A stretch of 64,000 bases of DNA from Escherichia coli (GCF_044647545.1 NZ_CP172818.1); one strand, 5' to 3'; positions 50,034 through 62,368 are shown, numbered from the stretch's first letter. Notes: generated by a model not told the origin, from the letters alone. Numbers and translations are program-made.

Positions 50034-51691
50034 CCGATACTCCAAAAGAGCACCGCCAGTAATTGTGGGGTGATAATGCGCAGGAACATCACCAACGGAT
50101 AGACAGTGGCATAAGAGAGTGCCGCCGCACCGCTGGTTGGATGAAGATTATTAGCAAATGCCAGCGCCGGAGGATCGGTCATGGAGCCAGCCAGCATCCC
50201 GCACATGGTCAGGTAATTCATTTTGGCTAACATCCGCGCCAGAATGCCGACCGTAATCAGCGGAACGGCGGTGATCAGCGCACCATAACCAATCCAGCTT
50301 AGCCCTTCGCCATTGACCAGGGTATTCACAAAATCCCCACCAGATTTCAGACCAACGACCGAGAGGAACAGCACGATCCCCAGCTCCCGCAGCGCGAGGT
50401 TGGCACTTGGCGGCATAAACCAGTACAGCTTGCCGATACTGCCGATACGCCCGAGGATCAACGCCATAATCAGCGGACCGCCCGCCAGCCCCAGTTTCAA
50501 CGCGGCCGGGAATCCCGGCACAAAGACGGGAATAGAACCTAACAATACGCCAAGCCCGATACCAATAAACACCGGCAGCATCTGAACCTGTTGCAGTTTT
50601 TGCTGCGCATTCCCCAGCACATTGGCAACGGCATCAATTGCGGACGGACGCCCCACCAGGTTGAGGATATCGCCGAACTGCAGGCTGATATCGCCACTGG
50701 CGACCAGTTCGACCCCGGCACGGTTCAGGCGCGAGATAACAACGTCATAGCGTTCTTTAAAGTGCAGGTCGCGAATACGTTTACCGAGCACGTTTTCATT
50801 GGTGACCACCACACGCTCGACGCGTAAATCAGTGCCTTTCGTGGACAGCGAGGTATCGACCTCCTGACCAATCACCAGTTGCGCATTATGTAAATCCGCT
50901 GGCTGCCCCACCAGATGCAGCAAATCGCCCAGTTGGATAATGGTATCTGGCGAAGGTACTTTTAGGGTTTCTTCTCGTTTCAGACGCGAGCAGATAATTT
51001 TGTCGCCGTTGAGAATCGGTACATCTTTAATGGCTAAATCATGCAGGTTAGGGTTCTCAACGCGAATATTGATAGTCCTGATCAGCGCGCCGCCATTGGT
51101 GCGAGAAGACTCGTGCTGCTGGGCTTCTGTCTCGACATTGACGCGGAAAATAACCCGCAACATCCACATGGTGAACAAAATCCCGCAAATACCGAATGGA
51201 TACGCCATCGCGTAACTCATCCCCATCTGATCGACCATTTCCATTGGTGTACCCAGGTCGCGCAAGATCTGCTGCCCTGCCCCCAGCGCTGGCGTATTGG
51301 TTACCGCACCGGAGAAAATCCCCAGCACTACCGGCAGTGGAATATCAAACAGTTTATGCAGGATGGCGGTAACCAGACCCCCGATGATGACAATCAGAAC
51401 AGCAAACAGGTTGAGGCGTAATCCGGAGACGCGCAATGAGGCAAAGAAGCCCGGCCCTACCTGAATCCCGATGGTATAAACGAACAGGATCAGGCCAAAT
51501 TCCTGAATAACATGCAGCATATCGCTACTTAATGTCATCCCCGCCTGAGAAACAAAATGGCCGACGATGATCCCACCAAACAGCACGCCGCCAATACCTA
51601 ATCCTATGCCGCGAAATTTGACGTTGCCGATAAACAAACCGACGACTGCCACCAAAGCCAGAATACTGACCGTTAATGCTATATCACTCAT
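50030..51691 (-). CDS. yidE: Putative transporter of the AAE (aspartate:alanine exchanger) family
   Basis: 553 codons from the ATG at 51691; two membrane domains separated by paired TrkA_C-like soluble domains. Confidence 0.88.
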
Positions 51692-51843
51692 CGTCCATTT
51701 CTCTTGAGATAACATTTTAATTGCTACGGATTATGGCTGAATCGGTGAAGCAGATTTGCCTTATAGCGCACATTATCACGGGAAAGAACGTGCCGAAATA
51801 TCTTAAACAGGCGAAATTTAACGCATTGTTGAAGAAGAAAGAC

Positions 51844-51871
51844 AAAAAAAGCCCCACCAGAATGGCGGGGC
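51844..51871 (-). terminator. Rho-independent terminator of the ibpAB operon
   Basis: Minus-strand GCCCCGCC-ATTCTGG-TGGGGC hairpin followed by a U7 run, 16 bp past the ibpB stop. Confidence 0.8.
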
Positions 51872-51886
51872 AAAGAGAATAGCTAG

Positions 51887-52315
51887 TTAGCTATTTAACG
51901 CGGGACGTTCGCTGATAGCGATACGCTGCGCTGCGATGGGTTCAGGCTCATTACGAATTAAATCAATATGCAGTAAACCGTTTACGAAGGTTGCACCAGA
52001 GACTTCCATATTTTCAGCCAGCGTAAAGCTCAGGCTAAATGGCTGATTCATAAGCCCTTGATGCAGCCATTTTTTCTCTTCTTTTGGCTGCTCCGGCGTG
52101 CCTTTTACGCTCAGGCGCGTACCTTCCAGTTGAATCTCTAAATCTTCCTGACGAAAACCTGCCAGCGCAAGGGTAATGCGGTAGTGGTTATCGTCGCTTT
52201 TTTCAATGTTGTACGGCGGGAAGCTCTGGCTTTCACCGGCGTTTTGCAGTGCGTTGGCCAGTTTGTCAAAACCGATCCATTGACGCATCAGTGGGGATAA
52301 ATCGAAGTTACGCAT
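51887..52315 (-). CDS. ibpB: Small heat shock protein IbpB
   Basis: 142 codons from the ATG at 52315 ([12 protein letters not shown]); alpha-crystallin domain. Confidence 0.93.
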
Positions 52316-52426
52316 AGTCATTTCTCCTTCTAAGAAGCGAGTAAGTACCTGCAAATCCGAAGATTCGCATATGCTCCCTGACGGCGAGCATGGAGATGTC
52401 AGGCCGCGCCAGGCGGCCTTAGGGAA

Positions 52427-52840
52427 TTAGTTGATTTCGATACGGCGCGGTTTTTTCGCTTCCGGAATCACGCGTTCAAGATCGATATACAGCAGACCAT
52501 TCACCAGGTTAGCACCACGAACATGAATGTTCTCAGCTAACTGGAATTTGCGTTCAAAGTTGCGTTCAGCGATGCCCTGGTACAGATAGGTGCGCTCTTT
52601 TTGTTCGTCGGCGTGAGCACCTTTCACCACCAGCAGATTATCCTGGGCGGTAATTTCCAGTTCGCTCTCAGCAAAACCAGCCACAGCGATAGCAATGCGG
52701 TAATGGTTTTCGTCTACCAGTTCAACGTTATACGGAGGGTAGCCGCCATTACTCTGGCTCTGGTTGTTTTCTAAGTGGTTAAACAAACGGTCAAATCCAA
52801 TAGCAGAACGGTAAAGCGGGGATAAATCAAAGTTACGCAT
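52427..52840 (-). CDS. ibpA: Small heat shock protein IbpA
   Basis: 137 codons from the ATG at 52840 ([12 protein letters not shown]); alpha-crystallin domain. Confidence 0.93.
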
Positions 52841-52930
52841 AATCAATAGCTCCTGAAATCAGCGAGAATGTAAGACCTTCCACAATGGACAGGTCAGGTA
52901 GCCAGAACACCCATCAGGCGCGTCCTCATC

Positions 52931-52960
52931 GGCTACGATGTAAAAATGGGTCTGGAAATG
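52931..52960 (-). promoter_or_regulatory. Sigma-32 heat-shock promoter of ibpA
   Basis: Minus strand reads CTTGAAA-N14-CCCATTTTT, matching the sigma-32 consensus, about 90 bp upstream of ibpA. Confidence 0.7.
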
Positions 52961-53145
52961 AACTTTTCAAGCCTTATCAGCGGACTTTTTTTTGCAGTTT
53001 ATGGTCTATTGCATAGACTGAGGGGGCAGCACGAAACGTTAAAGTGCGATAGCCGCCACAGTGCGACGTAATGATGATGTTATTTTCAGCAAGGGATCGC
53101 TATAACTCATCAGGCCAACACCCACGATCAACAGATGAATTTATT

Positions 53146-53478
53146 ATGATAAGAAATGTGTTGTTAGCGTTCATGATATGCAGCGGAATGACATTACTCG
53201 GAGGATGCTCCAGCGTGATGTCCCATACCGGGGGGAAAGAAGGAACGTATCCCGGCACCCGCGCCAGCGCCACCATGATTGGCGACGATGAAACCAACTG
53301 GGGCACTAAGTCGCTGGCGATTCTCGATATGCCGTTTACCGCTGTGATGGACACGCTTTTACTGCCGTGGGATGTGTTCCGCAAAGACAGCTCGGTGCGC
53401 TCACGCGTTGAAAAAAGCGAAGCCAACGCGCAAGCCACCAATGCGGTTATTCCACCGGCCAGAATGCCTGATAACTGA
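53146..53478 (+). CDS. yidQ: Small lipoprotein YidQ
   Basis: 110 codons from ATG 53146; lipobox LLGGC. Confidence 0.8.
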   Translation: MIRNVLLAFMICSGMTLLGGCSSVMSHTGGKEGTYPGTRASATMIGDDETNWGTKSLAILDMPFTAVMDTLLLPWDVFRKDSSVRSRVEKSEANAQATNAVIPPARMPDN

Positions 53479-53479
53479 T

Positions 53480-54727
53480 TTAGCGATCAGTTTCGGTGAT
53501 CCACAGCTGGCCGCCTTCCATCCACGCCAGCCATTGACCATCCGGCGAGAAGACCACGGCGTCCGCAGAAGGTGGATTGGCGTGGTTTTCGGTTAAATAC
53601 TCAACCTCGCCGCTTTGCGCATGGGCGCAAGCAATTCGATTATCCAGCACAAAGCCCAACCATTCTCCTGACGGATGCCAGTTAAATGCAGACTGAATAT
53701 CCGTTTTGTTATGGGTTAACTGGCGCGGCTCGCCGCCCTGTGGCGAGATAAGCCACAGTTGCACAATGCCGTTATCATCACGCATTAAAAACGCGATTTG
53801 CGTACCCTGCGGATTACAGCGCACCCAGTGGCGCGGGACGTTGACTAACCCCGGATAAGCCCGATGGTGGGTAAAGGTTAAACGTCGCTGCACGACGCCG
53901 CGCGGTGGCGCAGGCAGGGTTGTTTCCGTTCCACTTAACGGCGCATCACCTGCCGCTTTCCAGCCAGCTTCATCTTGCGGTAACTCAACGATAAATAGCT
54001 CCGGCACTTTCTCGCCCTTTGCCGAAAGTGTGTCGCCAATAAACGCCAGTGCGTGATTTCCTACCCATCCTTCTTCATAAGCACGATTGATTTCATCACT
54101 GCCTGGCTGTGGCGTGGGCGTGGTTTTACTTACCAGCACGCACCAGTGGCTACCGCTGTATTCACGCGGATGCTGCTTTTGTACGTTGACCGGGCCAAAC
54201 GGTGCAGCAACACCGACGTTTCGCAAATCCAGCACCGGATCGAGTTCATGCATTACATGGTCATTATAGGTAAAGCTCACCCTTTCACCGTTTGGGCTAA
54301 AAACATGTACATGACTGCCGCCGCGCAGCGCTCCTGGCGTATATGGCGCGGTAATATCCATTGCATCGAGATTGCTCACCTTGCCGCCTTCAACAATCAC
54401 TCCACGCCGATGATGGAAGTCGTAATACCATGTTTCATCAGGATTTTCCGGGCCGTGGATGAAAACATATTTCTCTGATTTCGGATGAACGGTCACCACG
54501 CCGACGTACGCGCCCTGTGACGCGCGATAGATAACCTCGACCTCGCCGGTATGGATATTCACACGCTCAATGGTCTCGCCGGTAAACGACGCGCCAGAAG
54601 GACGCACGTCAAATACCAGCCACTGGCTGTCGGGCGTCCAGGTATTGGTATTGGTGAGCAGGTGATTACGGGGAGCAAAGGTTATCTGTTTCATGGCGCG
54701 GTCCTGATACAAAACGGGTCCCGCCAT
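53480..54727 (-). CDS. yidR: Beta-propeller (DUF3748) protein YidR
   Basis: About 415-codon ORF; start is 54727 or 54730. Confidence 0.85.
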   Translation of the reverse strand: MAGPVLYQDRAMKQITFAPRNHLLTNTNTWTPDSQWLVFDVRPSGASFTGETIERVNIHTGEVEVIYRASQGAYVGVVTVHPKSEKYVFIHGPENPDETWYYDFHHRRGVIVEGGKVSNLDAMDITAPYTPGALRGGSHVHVFSPNGERVSFTYNDHVMHELDPVLDLRNVGVAAPFGPVNVQKQHPREYSGSHWCVLVSKTTPTPQPGSDEINRAYEEGWVGNHALAFIGDTLSAKGEKVPELFIVELPQDEAGWKAAGDAPLSGTETTLPAPPRGVVQRRLTFTHHRAYPGLVNVPRHWVRCNPQGTQIAFLMRDDNGIVQLWLISPQGGEPRQLTHNKTDIQSAFNWHPSGEWLGFVLDNRIACAHAQSGEVEYLTENHANPPSADAVVFSPDGQWLAWMEGGQLWITETDR

Positions 54728-54794
54728 CATACTTCACAAGGACTTCACTTTCAGACAATAGTCTTTCGCCATCGTGATGAATGTGAGTGAAAAG

Positions 54795-55859
54795 ATGGAA
54801 CATTTCGACGTGGCGATTATTGGCCTCGGCCCGGCAGGGTCGGCGTTGGCACGAAAGTTAGCAGGCAAAATGCAGGTGATCGCGCTGGATAAAAAGCACC
54901 AGTGTGGTACTGAAGGTTTCAGCAAACCCTGCGGCGGTCTGCTGGCACCGGACGCGCAGCGATCTTTTATTCGCGATGGACTGACGCTTCCTGTCGATGT
55001 GATCGCCAATCCACAGATTTTCAGCGTCAAAACTGTCGACGTCGCCGCATCGCTCACGCGTAACTACCAGCGAAGCTATATCAATATTAATCGCCATGCT
55101 TTCGACTTGTGGATGAAATCGCTGATCCCCGCCAGCGTTGAGGTTTACCACGACAGCCTGTGTCGAAAAATCTGGCGTGAGGATGATAAATGGCATGTCA
55201 TTTTTCGTGCAGACGGTTGGGAGCAGCATATTTCTGCCCGCTATCTGGTCGGTGCCGATGGTGCCAACTCGATGGTGCGGCGACATCTCTACCCGGATCA
55301 TCAAATTCGTAAATATGTCGCTATCCAGCAGTGGTTCGCAGAGAAACATCCGGTGCCGTTCTACTCCTGCATCTTTGATAATGCGATAACTGACTGTTAC
55401 TCATGGAGTATCAGCAAAGACGGTTATTTTATCTTTGGCGGTGCCTATCCCATGAAAGACGGTCAGACGCGTTTCACGACGCTGAAAGAGAAAATGAACG
55501 CCTTTCAGTTCCAGTTTGGCAAAGCGGTGAAAAGTGAGAAATGTACCGTGTTGTTTCCCTCACGCTGGCAGGATTTTGTCTGCGGTAAGGACAATGCCTT
55601 TCTGATTGGTGAAGCGGCGGGATTTATCAGCGCCAGCTCGCTGGAGGGGATTAGCTATGCGCTGGATAGCGCAGAGATTCTGCGTTCGGTGTTACTGAAG
55701 CAGCCGGAGAAGATCAACGCCGCCTACTGGCGCGCCACCCGCAAACTGCGTTTAAAGCTCTATGGCAAGATAGTCAAAAGCCGATGCCTGACCGCACCGG
55801 CTTTAAGAAAGTGGATTATGCGCAGTGGTGTGGCGCATATTCCACAGTTGAAAGATTAG
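54795..55859 (+). CDS. cbrA: FAD-dependent oxidoreductase (colicin M resistance protein CbrA)
   Basis: 354 codons from ATG 54795; N-terminal FAD-binding GxGxxG ([11 protein letters not shown]). Confidence 0.88.
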   Translation: MEHFDVAIIGLGPAGSALARKLAGKMQVIALDKKHQCGTEGFSKPCGGLLAPDAQRSFIRDGLTLPVDVIANPQIFSVKTVDVAASLTRNYQRSYININRHAFDLWMKSLIPASVEVYHDSLCRKIWREDDKWHVIFRADGWEQHISARYLVGADGANSMVRRHLYPDHQIRKYVAIQQWFAEKHPVPFYSCIFDNAITDCYSWSISKDGYFIFGGAYPMKDGQTRFTTLKEKMNAFQFQFGKAVKSEKCTVLFPSRWQDFVCGKDNAFLIGEAAGFISASSLEGISYALDSAEILRSVLLKQPEKINAAYWRATRKLRLKLYGKIVKSRCLTAPALRKWIMRSGVAHIPQLKD

Positions 55860-57148
55860 CCAACGCGCTTCACATCGCCCACCAGCAGGATGTAAGAGAG
55901 CGCGCCAATCAACGCAACGGCGGAGATATAAACCAGTGCAGGCGCGAAACCGTAACCCTGCGCCAGGTACCCCACCACCAGAGGAACGGTGATGCCGCCC
56001 AGACCACCGACAAAGTTAAACACGCCGCCGGTTAAACCAATCAGGCGCATCGGTGCCAGAGAAGAGACCAGCGACCAGGTAATCGAAGCAAAACCGTTGC
56101 CGAAGAATGCCAGCGCCATCAGGCACATAATCATCATCGGATCGTTAGTGTAGTTAGCGCCCATAATGCAGGTGGAGATCAGCAAGCCGCAGATAATCGG
56201 CGTTTTACGCGCAAAGCCCAGTGAAAAGCCCTTACGTACCAGCAGATCCGCGACCCAGCCAGAGAGCAGGACGCCGACAAACGCCGCGAGGAACGGTACC
56301 GTGGTCATAAAGCCTGCTTTCAGCGCCGTGATTCCTTTTTCCTGGGTTAAATAGTTCGGGAACCAGGTTAAAAAAAACCACAGTGTAGAAGCCACCGCAA
56401 ATTGCCCAAGATAGACACCGATCAGTTTACGATGGAACACCAGTTTCCAGTCTTTGGCTGTTAACGGCTGACGCGCCTCTTTTTTCACCGGCGCATCACC
56501 ATCCACCAGACCGCCGCCATCACGAATGTAATCCAGTTCAGCTTTGCTGATGCCTTTAGTCAGGCGCGGCGGCTGATAAACCTTAAACCAAATCAGCGAC
56601 CAGATAATGCCGATACCACCGGTGACAATGAACACCCAGTGCCAGCTCAACATTTCCTGAATCCAGATCAGCAGCGGAGTCAGAAACGCCAGACCGACAA
56701 ACTGACCAGACGTATAAAAACCAACGGCAGAAGCGCGTTCATGTTCCGGGAACCAGCTGGTCACCATCCGGTTATTGGTCGGGAAAGCGGGCGCTTCGAA
56801 AATACCGGTTATCGCGCGCAGACCAATTAATGACATTAATCCCGTGGCAAAGCCCTGGAATAACGTCGCCACTGACCAGCCAAATATCGCAATAAAATAA
56901 GTCACGCGTGAACCTACGCGATCTAAAAACCAACCGCCGGGGATCTGACATAGCGTATAAAGCCAGGCGAAGGCCGAAAATACATAGCCCATTTCCGCTT
57001 TCGTAATACCGAACTCTTCCTGAATATGGGCGGAAGCCACGGCCAGGTTAGCGCGGTCAACATAACAAATGACCACCGTAATAAAGATCATCACCAGCGT
57101 CAGATAACGCCGACGCCCCGGCTTTGCTGCATTAACGGGAATATCCAT
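55856..57148 (-). CDS. dgoT: D-galactonate:H+ symporter (MFS)
   Basis: 430 codons from the ATG at 57148 ([15 protein letters not shown]). Confidence 0.93.
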   Translation of the reverse strand: MDIPVNAAKPGRRRYLTLVMIFITVVICYVDRANLAVASAHIQEEFGITKAEMGYVFSAFAWLYTLCQIPGGWFLDRVGSRVTYFIAIFGWSVATLFQGFATGLMSLIGLRAITGIFEAPAFPTNNRMVTSWFPEHERASAVGFYTSGQFVGLAFLTPLLIWIQEMLSWHWVFIVTGGIGIIWSLIWFKVYQPPRLTKGISKAELDYIRDGGGLVDGDAPVKKEARQPLTAKDWKLVFHRKLIGVYLGQFAVASTLWFFLTWFPNYLTQEKGITALKAGFMTTVPFLAAFVGVLLSGWVADLLVRKGFSLGFARKTPIICGLLISTCIMGANYTNDPMMIMCLMALAFFGNGFASITWSLVSSLAPMRLIGLTGGVFNFVGGLGGITVPLVVGYLAQGYGFAPALVYISAVALIGALSYILLVGDVKRVG

Positions 57149-57267
57149 AGCGAGCTTTCTCCAGATTTTGGGCATAGCGAAGCCGCTCACCATGCCCTGT
57201 AATTTACAGAGGGTTATATTTTTGTATTGCTGTTTTAGTGCCCGATGAGGGGCTTACGTGGCAGGAA

Positions 57268-58416
57268 TTACCACTCTGCTACGCTGTTATCTTCATGACG
57301 CCAGAGCGGATTACGCCAGTCCGGGGCATTTTTACTGAACTCAATAACTTTAGCTTCGTCGATTTCCACGCCTAAGCCCGGTTTCGTTAGCGGTTTAAAG
57401 AAGCCGCCAACCATGCTGAAGTCTTCTTTGTTTTTCACAAAGTCGAGTAACTCCGCGCCTTTGTTGTAATGAATTCCCATACTTTGTTCCTGAAGTACGG
57501 CGTTATAGGAAACAAAGTCGATATGCAGACAAGCTGCCAGTGCAATCGGTCCGAGCGGACAGTGCGGCGCAAGGGTCACGTCATAGGCTTCTGCCATTCC
57601 GGCAATTTTGTAGCATTCGGTAATACCGCCTGCATGAGAGAGATCTGGTTGCAGAATCGAAATACCGCCCGCCTCCAGCACGCGTTTAAAATCGAAACGT
57701 GAGAACATGCGTTCACCCGCCGCCAGAGGAATATGCGTTTGTGCCGCCAGTTTCGGGTAGTATTCGGCCTGTTCCGCCAGCACCGGCTCTTCAATAAACA
57801 GCGGGCGATACGGTTCCAGTTCTTTAATCAGTACTTTCGCCATCGGCGCGCTGACGCGACCGTGGAAATCAAGACCAAACTCAATCTGATTGCCAAAAGC
57901 TTCACGAATTTGTGCCACGGTGTTGACTGCCGCATCTACCGCGCGGGAGTTATCAATTAGCCCCAGTTCTTCACAACCGTTCAGTTTGAAGGTATCGAAG
58001 CCGATTTCGCGCAGGGTTTTAATGCCGTCGATAACATTCGCCGGACGATCGCCGCCGACCCAACTGTAGGCTTTAATTTTGTCACGAACCAGGCCACCCA
58101 TCAGTTGCCAGACCGGCGCATTCAGCACTTTACCTTTGATATCCCATAACGCCTGGTCGATCCCGGCGATGGCGCTCATCAGGATCGGACCGCCACGATA
58201 AAATCCGGCGCGATACATCACTTGCCATAAGTCATTGATGCGCGATGGATCCTGACCAATCAAATAGTCACTCAGCTCGTGAACTGCCGCTTCCACCGTA
58301 CGAGCGCGGCCTTCGATCACGGGCTCGCCCCAACCGACCACGCCTTCATCGGTTTCAATTTTCAGGAACATCCAGCGGGGAGGTAAACGATACGTAGTAA
58401 TTTTGGTGATTTTCAT
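57268..58416 (-). CDS. dgoD: D-galactonate dehydratase (enolase superfamily)
   Basis: 382-codon [35 protein letters not shown]. Confidence 0.95.
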   Translation of the reverse strand: MKITKITTYRLPPRWMFLKIETDEGVVGWGEPVIEGRARTVEAAVHELSDYLIGQDPSRINDLWQVMYRAGFYRGGPILMSAIAGIDQALWDIKGKVLNAPVWQLMGGLVRDKIKAYSWVGGDRPANVIDGIKTLREIGFDTFKLNGCEELGLIDNSRAVDAAVNTVAQIREAFGNQIEFGLDFHGRVSAPMAKVLIKELEPYRPLFIEEPVLAEQAEYYPKLAAQTHIPLAAGERMFSRFDFKRVLEAGGISILQPDLSHAGGITECYKIAGMAEAYDVTLAPHCPLGPIALAACLHIDFVSYNAVLQEQSMGIHYNKGAELLDFVKNKEDFSMVGGFFKPLTKPGLGVEIDEAKVIEFSKNAPDWRNPLWRHEDNSVAEW

Positions 58417-59030
58417 TGCACTGCCTCTCGATACGCCTTAACAAATGCTGCTGCCTGCTGCGCGGTGCGTTCTACGGATTGCCCGGCGCGATAGAGATCG
58501 CTGCCTAAGCCCGCCCCTGCACAACCTGCGTCTATCCACTGCGCCAGGTTTTCTGGCGTCACACCGCCAACGGCAAAGACTGCGATGTCCTGCGGTAATA
58601 CCGCTTTTAACGCTTTGATGTATTGCGGACCAAAAGCCGATGACGGGAATATTTTCAGCGCCTGCGCGCCCGCGTCGATCGCGGTAAAGGCTTCAGTCGC
58701 CGTCGCGCAGCCGGGGCAAACGGTCATGCCATAGCCCACCGCGCGGCGGATCACTTCACTATGGATATTGGGCGTAACGATGAGCTGGCAGCCCATCCTG
58801 GCGAGCGTATCGACCTGTTCAGGTTTCAGTACCGTACCTGCGCCAATCAACGCCTTATCGCCGTACGCATCAACGATGGCGGGAATGCTTTTCTCCCATT
58901 GAGGGGAATTCAGCGGGATTTCAACCGCGTCGAACCCGGCGTCAATCACCGCGCCAACATGCGCCAGCGCCTCGTCGGGCGTAATACCGCGCAAAATGGC
59001 GATCAGCGGGAGTTTAGTTTGCCACTGCAT
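58413..59030 (-). CDS. dgoA: 2-dehydro-3-deoxy-6-phosphogalactonate aldolase
   Basis: 205-codon KDPG-aldolase-family ORF; overlaps dgoD and dgoK. Confidence 0.93.
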   Translation of the reverse strand: MQWQTKLPLIAILRGITPDEALAHVGAVIDAGFDAVEIPLNSPQWEKSIPAIVDAYGDKALIGAGTVLKPEQVDTLARMGCQLIVTPNIHSEVIRRAVGYGMTVCPGCATATEAFTAIDAGAQALKIFPSSAFGPQYIKALKAVLPQDIAVFAVGGVTPENLAQWIDAGCAGAGLGSDLYRAGQSVERTAQQAAAFVKAYREAVQ

Positions 59031-59892
59031 GAGCGATGCTCCTTATACCAGCCTGAAATGCCTTGTCGCCCGCTACCACCGCCACGTCGCAACCCATCGC
59101 CTGAAAGGCTTGCTGGTAGCGCGCGGTCAGCGATGTTCCGGCGACAAGGGTGATGGCGTGTTGATGGGTCACATAGTCGCGCATACTGGCAACCTCTGCG
59201 CCAATCAACAAACCAGAGAGAAATTCGCTGACCTGTTCACGGGGAAGCGTTCCCAGCACATGCGATGCGCGAACTTCAAAAAGCTGCGGCAATATGGCGG
59301 GCGCATTAAGGCCACGCTCAAGGCCAGCCGCGAAGGCATCGGCAGAGTTTTCCTGCGGCGGCAAACCTGCGCCAATCAATGAGTGATTTAACAGTAAATG
59401 ATGTAATTCACCGGTCATTACGGTGCGAAAATCGTTGATTTGCTGGCTATCGGCCTGCACCCATTTGCAATGCGTACCGGGCATGACATAAAGAGAGGAA
59501 GGAGCCAAAGCACGCGCGCCGATCAATTGTGTTTCTTCGCCGCGCATCACATTGTGGTTATCGTCATGAGAAACGCATAATCCGGGAATAATCCAGATAT
59601 TGTCGCCAACAGACGTTAATTGTTCGCCAATAGATGAAAAACGGGCAGGAACAGATAAATACGGTGCAACTTTCCAGCCGACATTGCTGCCGACCATTCC
59701 TGCCATCACCACTGGCGTATTCTCTTCACGCCAGTCGGCCGTGACTTCTGCTAACACCGCAGCCGGAGATTTTCCGTTCAGGCGCGTGACGCCTGCTTCT
59801 GATTGCCTGCTCTCCAGGCAGTGGTCGCCCTGATAAAGCCAGGCGCGCAGATTGGTCGATCCCCAGTCAATTGCGATGTAGCGAGCTGTCAT
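59014..59892 (-). CDS. dgoK: 2-dehydro-3-deoxygalactonokinase
   Basis: 292-codon ORF MTARYIAIDWGSTNLRAWL. Confidence 0.93.
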   Translation of the reverse strand: MTARYIAIDWGSTNLRAWLYQGDHCLESRQSEAGVTRLNGKSPAAVLAEVTADWREENTPVVMAGMVGSNVGWKVAPYLSVPARFSSIGEQLTSVGDNIWIIPGLCVSHDDNHNVMRGEETQLIGARALAPSSLYVMPGTHCKWVQADSQQINDFRTVMTGELHHLLLNHSLIGAGLPPQENSADAFAAGLERGLNAPAILPQLFEVRASHVLGTLPREQVSEFLSGLLIGAEVASMRDYVTHQHAITLVAGTSLTARYQQAFQAMGCDVAVVAGDKAFQAGIRSIAHAVAN

Positions 59893-60578
59893 GTGATTTC
59901 CTTTAACCTTCGTGTCGAGCTGGCGATCATGGTAAGCGCCGCCTGCTCTGCCGCATCGCCGTCCTGATGCCGTATCGCATCAAACAGCGCCTTATGTTCC
60001 TGGAGCGTTTGCGGCATGTTGGCCTCATCACCCATCCAGGTTCGTTCAAATACCGCCCGCTGCAGCGAACTGATCGCAATGCTAAGTTGCTGTAACACCG
60101 GGTTATGCACCGACTGCAGCACCGCCTCGTGGTAGCGAATATCCGCTTCGTTAAACGCTTCGCGGTCCTGATTGTTGGCAATCATCTCGTTCAGCGCTGA
60201 TTCAATCTGCGCCAGATCGCTGGAAGTCGCGCGCTCTGCCGCCCAACGGGCAATCGCCGGTTCCACCAGATTTCGCACTTCGCTCATTGCACTGATAAGC
60301 CGTGGGTCGTAGTCGTTTTCCAGCACCCATTGCAGTACGTCAGTATCGAGGTAATTCCACTGATTACGCGGTGCCACAAACGCCCCGCGATAACGTTTCA
60401 TTTCAATCAGCCGCTTCGCCATCAGCGAACGGAACACCTCACGGATGATGTTGCGCGAGGTTGCAAACTCCTCACAGAGCTCCGCCTCAGCCGGAAGCGG
60501 CGAGCCTGGTACGTATTTGCCGTGAACGATCTGTTTACCCAGCGTAATGACGATGCGATCGGTTTTATTGAGAGTCAT
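59889..60578 (-). CDS. dgoR: GntR/FadR-family repressor of the galactonate operon
   Basis: 229-codon ORF with N-terminal GntR HTH and FCD domain; first gene of the dgo operon. Confidence 0.92.
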   Translation of the reverse strand: MTLNKTDRIVITLGKQIVHGKYVPGSPLPAEAELCEEFATSRNIIREVFRSLMAKRLIEMKRYRGAFVAPRNQWNYLDTDVLQWVLENDYDPRLISAMSEVRNLVEPAIARWAAERATSSDLAQIESALNEMIANNQDREAFNEADIRYHEAVLQSVHNPVLQQLSIAISSLQRAVFERTWMGDEANMPQTLQEHKALFDAIRHQDGDAAEQAALTMIASSTRRLKEIT

Positions 60579-60644
60579 GGAGAGTCCTTGTGCTCTGTAT
60601 GTTCTTCTCTACTTTACCCCGATCGATGCATAACGCGGCAACTT

Positions 60645-60717
60645 TGTAGTACCAGCGTGATGACGTTCGCGTTTTCCGTGTGCGTAATGTAGTACAAGCT
60701 TATATTACTGTACTACA
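60645..60717 (-). promoter_or_regulatory. dgo promoter region with repeated GTAGTACA-type operator half-sites
   Basis: TGTAGTAC at 60645, TGTAGTACA at 60688 and the inverted copy TGTACTACA at 60709, upstream of dgoR. Confidence 0.65.
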
Positions 60718-60855
60718 ATTTAGATCACAAAAAGAACAATGCATAAAAAAATGACATGCGTCGGGCAGAAATCTGAAAAGGGATAACAGGCGCTAAACAG
60801 GAGGGAAAGAAGAGTATGCTTTCAACGACTTAGCTACTCGTTTAAAGGATTAATC

Positions 60856-61512
60856 ATGAAGTTGAATTTTAAGGGATTTTTTAAGGCTGCCGGTTTGTGT
60901 TCTTTGGCATTTGCGTTGACCGGATGTATCACCTGGGGATTGGTTTCCAATACTGCAAGCCGTCCACATGCCGAGCAATGGCGGTCAGACACGATTAAGG
61001 GTTTATCGCTGGCAGAAGATAGTAACGGTACGAAAGGCTATGTTTTTGTTGGTGAATCATTGGACTATCTGTTGACCACCGGCGGCGATGAGGTAGTTAA
61101 AATGCTGAACGATCCGGCAATCCATGGTGAAAGAATCACCGTTTCTGATAACGCGAAATTTATTTTAAGCAGCAGTGATACTAATTTTTCTGGTTCAATA
61201 ACGCTCTATTACGACTGGGATAATGAGGAAGATAAAGCACTGGCGACACAATATGGTTTTATTTGTAATACCCAGCGTTGTACCTGGGCACTTGACGGCC
61301 TGAAAGGCTCTATCCACCAGAAAAATAAAAAAGCGGATTACTCAAACGTGATGGTTTTCCATCAACCCTTTACGGTGGGATTTTATAAGTACAAAGCAAC
61401 TGATGGCGTTCCGCGCGGCCTCGCTAATGCGCTGCTACCAGTCACTCTTACGCTGGATATAGTAACGTCACCACTCCAGTTCCTGATTTTATGCACGACC
61501 AGAAATTGTTAA
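60856..61512 (+). CDS. yidX: Lipoprotein YidX
   Basis: 218-codon ORF with lipobox LTGC. Confidence 0.85.
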   Translation: MKLNFKGFFKAAGLCSLAFALTGCITWGLVSNTASRPHAEQWRSDTIKGLSLAEDSNGTKGYVFVGESLDYLLTTGGDEVVKMLNDPAIHGERITVSDNAKFILSSSDTNFSGSITLYYDWDNEEDKALATQYGFICNTQRCTWALDGLKGSIHQKNKKADYSNVMVFHQPFTVGFYKYKATDGVPRGLANALLPVTLTLDIVTSPLQFLILCTTRNC

Positions 61513-61555
61513 TCGCTGCGGGCAAACGCATTTATGCAGTTTGCCCGCCCACTGA

Positions 61556-62368
61556 TTAATTCAGCACATACTTCTCAATAGCAAACGCCACGCCATCTTC
61601 CAGGTTGGATTTGGTGACAAAGTTCGCCACTTCTTTCACCGAAGGAATAGCGTTATCCATTGCCACACCAACACCTGCGTATTCAATCATTGCGATGTCG
61701 TTTTCCTGATCGCCAATCGCCATGATTTCTTCCGGTTTAATACCTAACACGTCGGCCAGTGATTTCACACCCGTACCTTTGTTAACGCGTTTATCGAGGA
61801 TTTCGAGGAAGTACGGCGCACTTTTCAGCACGGTGTATTTTTCTTTCACTTCCTGCGGAATACGCGCAATGGCCTGGTCGAGGATGGCGGGTTCATCAAT
61901 CATCATCACTTTCAGGAACTGGGTATTGGGGTCCATTTTCTCCGCTTCGCAGAACACCAGTGGAATGGTGGCAACGAAAGATTCATGCACCGTGTAGTAG
62001 CTGATATCTCGGTTGGCGGTGTACAGCGTGGTGCGGTCCAGGGCGTGGAAATGAGAACCGACTTCGCGAGAGAGTTTTTCCAGGAAACGGTAGTCGTCAT
62101 AGCTGAGAGCGGTTTGCGCCACGGTGCTACCATCAGCGGCCTTCTGTACCAGCGCGCCGTTATAAGTAATGCAGTAGTCGCCCGGCTGTTCCATATGCAG
62201 CTCTTTCAGGTAATTGTGAACACCTGCATAAGGGCGACCCGTCGTCAGCACGACATTCACGCCACGGGCGCGAGCTGCGGCAATCGCATTTTTAACGGCG
62301 GGTGAAATGGTGTGATCGGGCAGCAGAAGGGTGCCATCCATATCGATAGCAATGAGTTTGATAGCCAT
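61556..62368 (-). CDS. yidA: HAD-family (Cof-type) sugar phosphatase
   Basis: 270-codon ORF with HAD motif I DMDGTLL. Confidence 0.93.
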   Translation of the reverse strand: MAIKLIAIDMDGTLLLPDHTISPAVKNAIAAARARGVNVVLTTGRPYAGVHNYLKELHMEQPGDYCITYNGALVQKAADGSTVAQTALSYDDYRFLEKLSREVGSHFHALDRTTLYTANRDISYYTVHESFVATIPLVFCEAEKMDPNTQFLKVMMIDEPAILDQAIARIPQEVKEKYTVLKSAPYFLEILDKRVNKGTGVKSLADVLGIKPEEIMAIGDQENDIAMIEYAGVGVAMDNAIPSVKEVANFVTKSNLEDGVAFAIEKYVLN

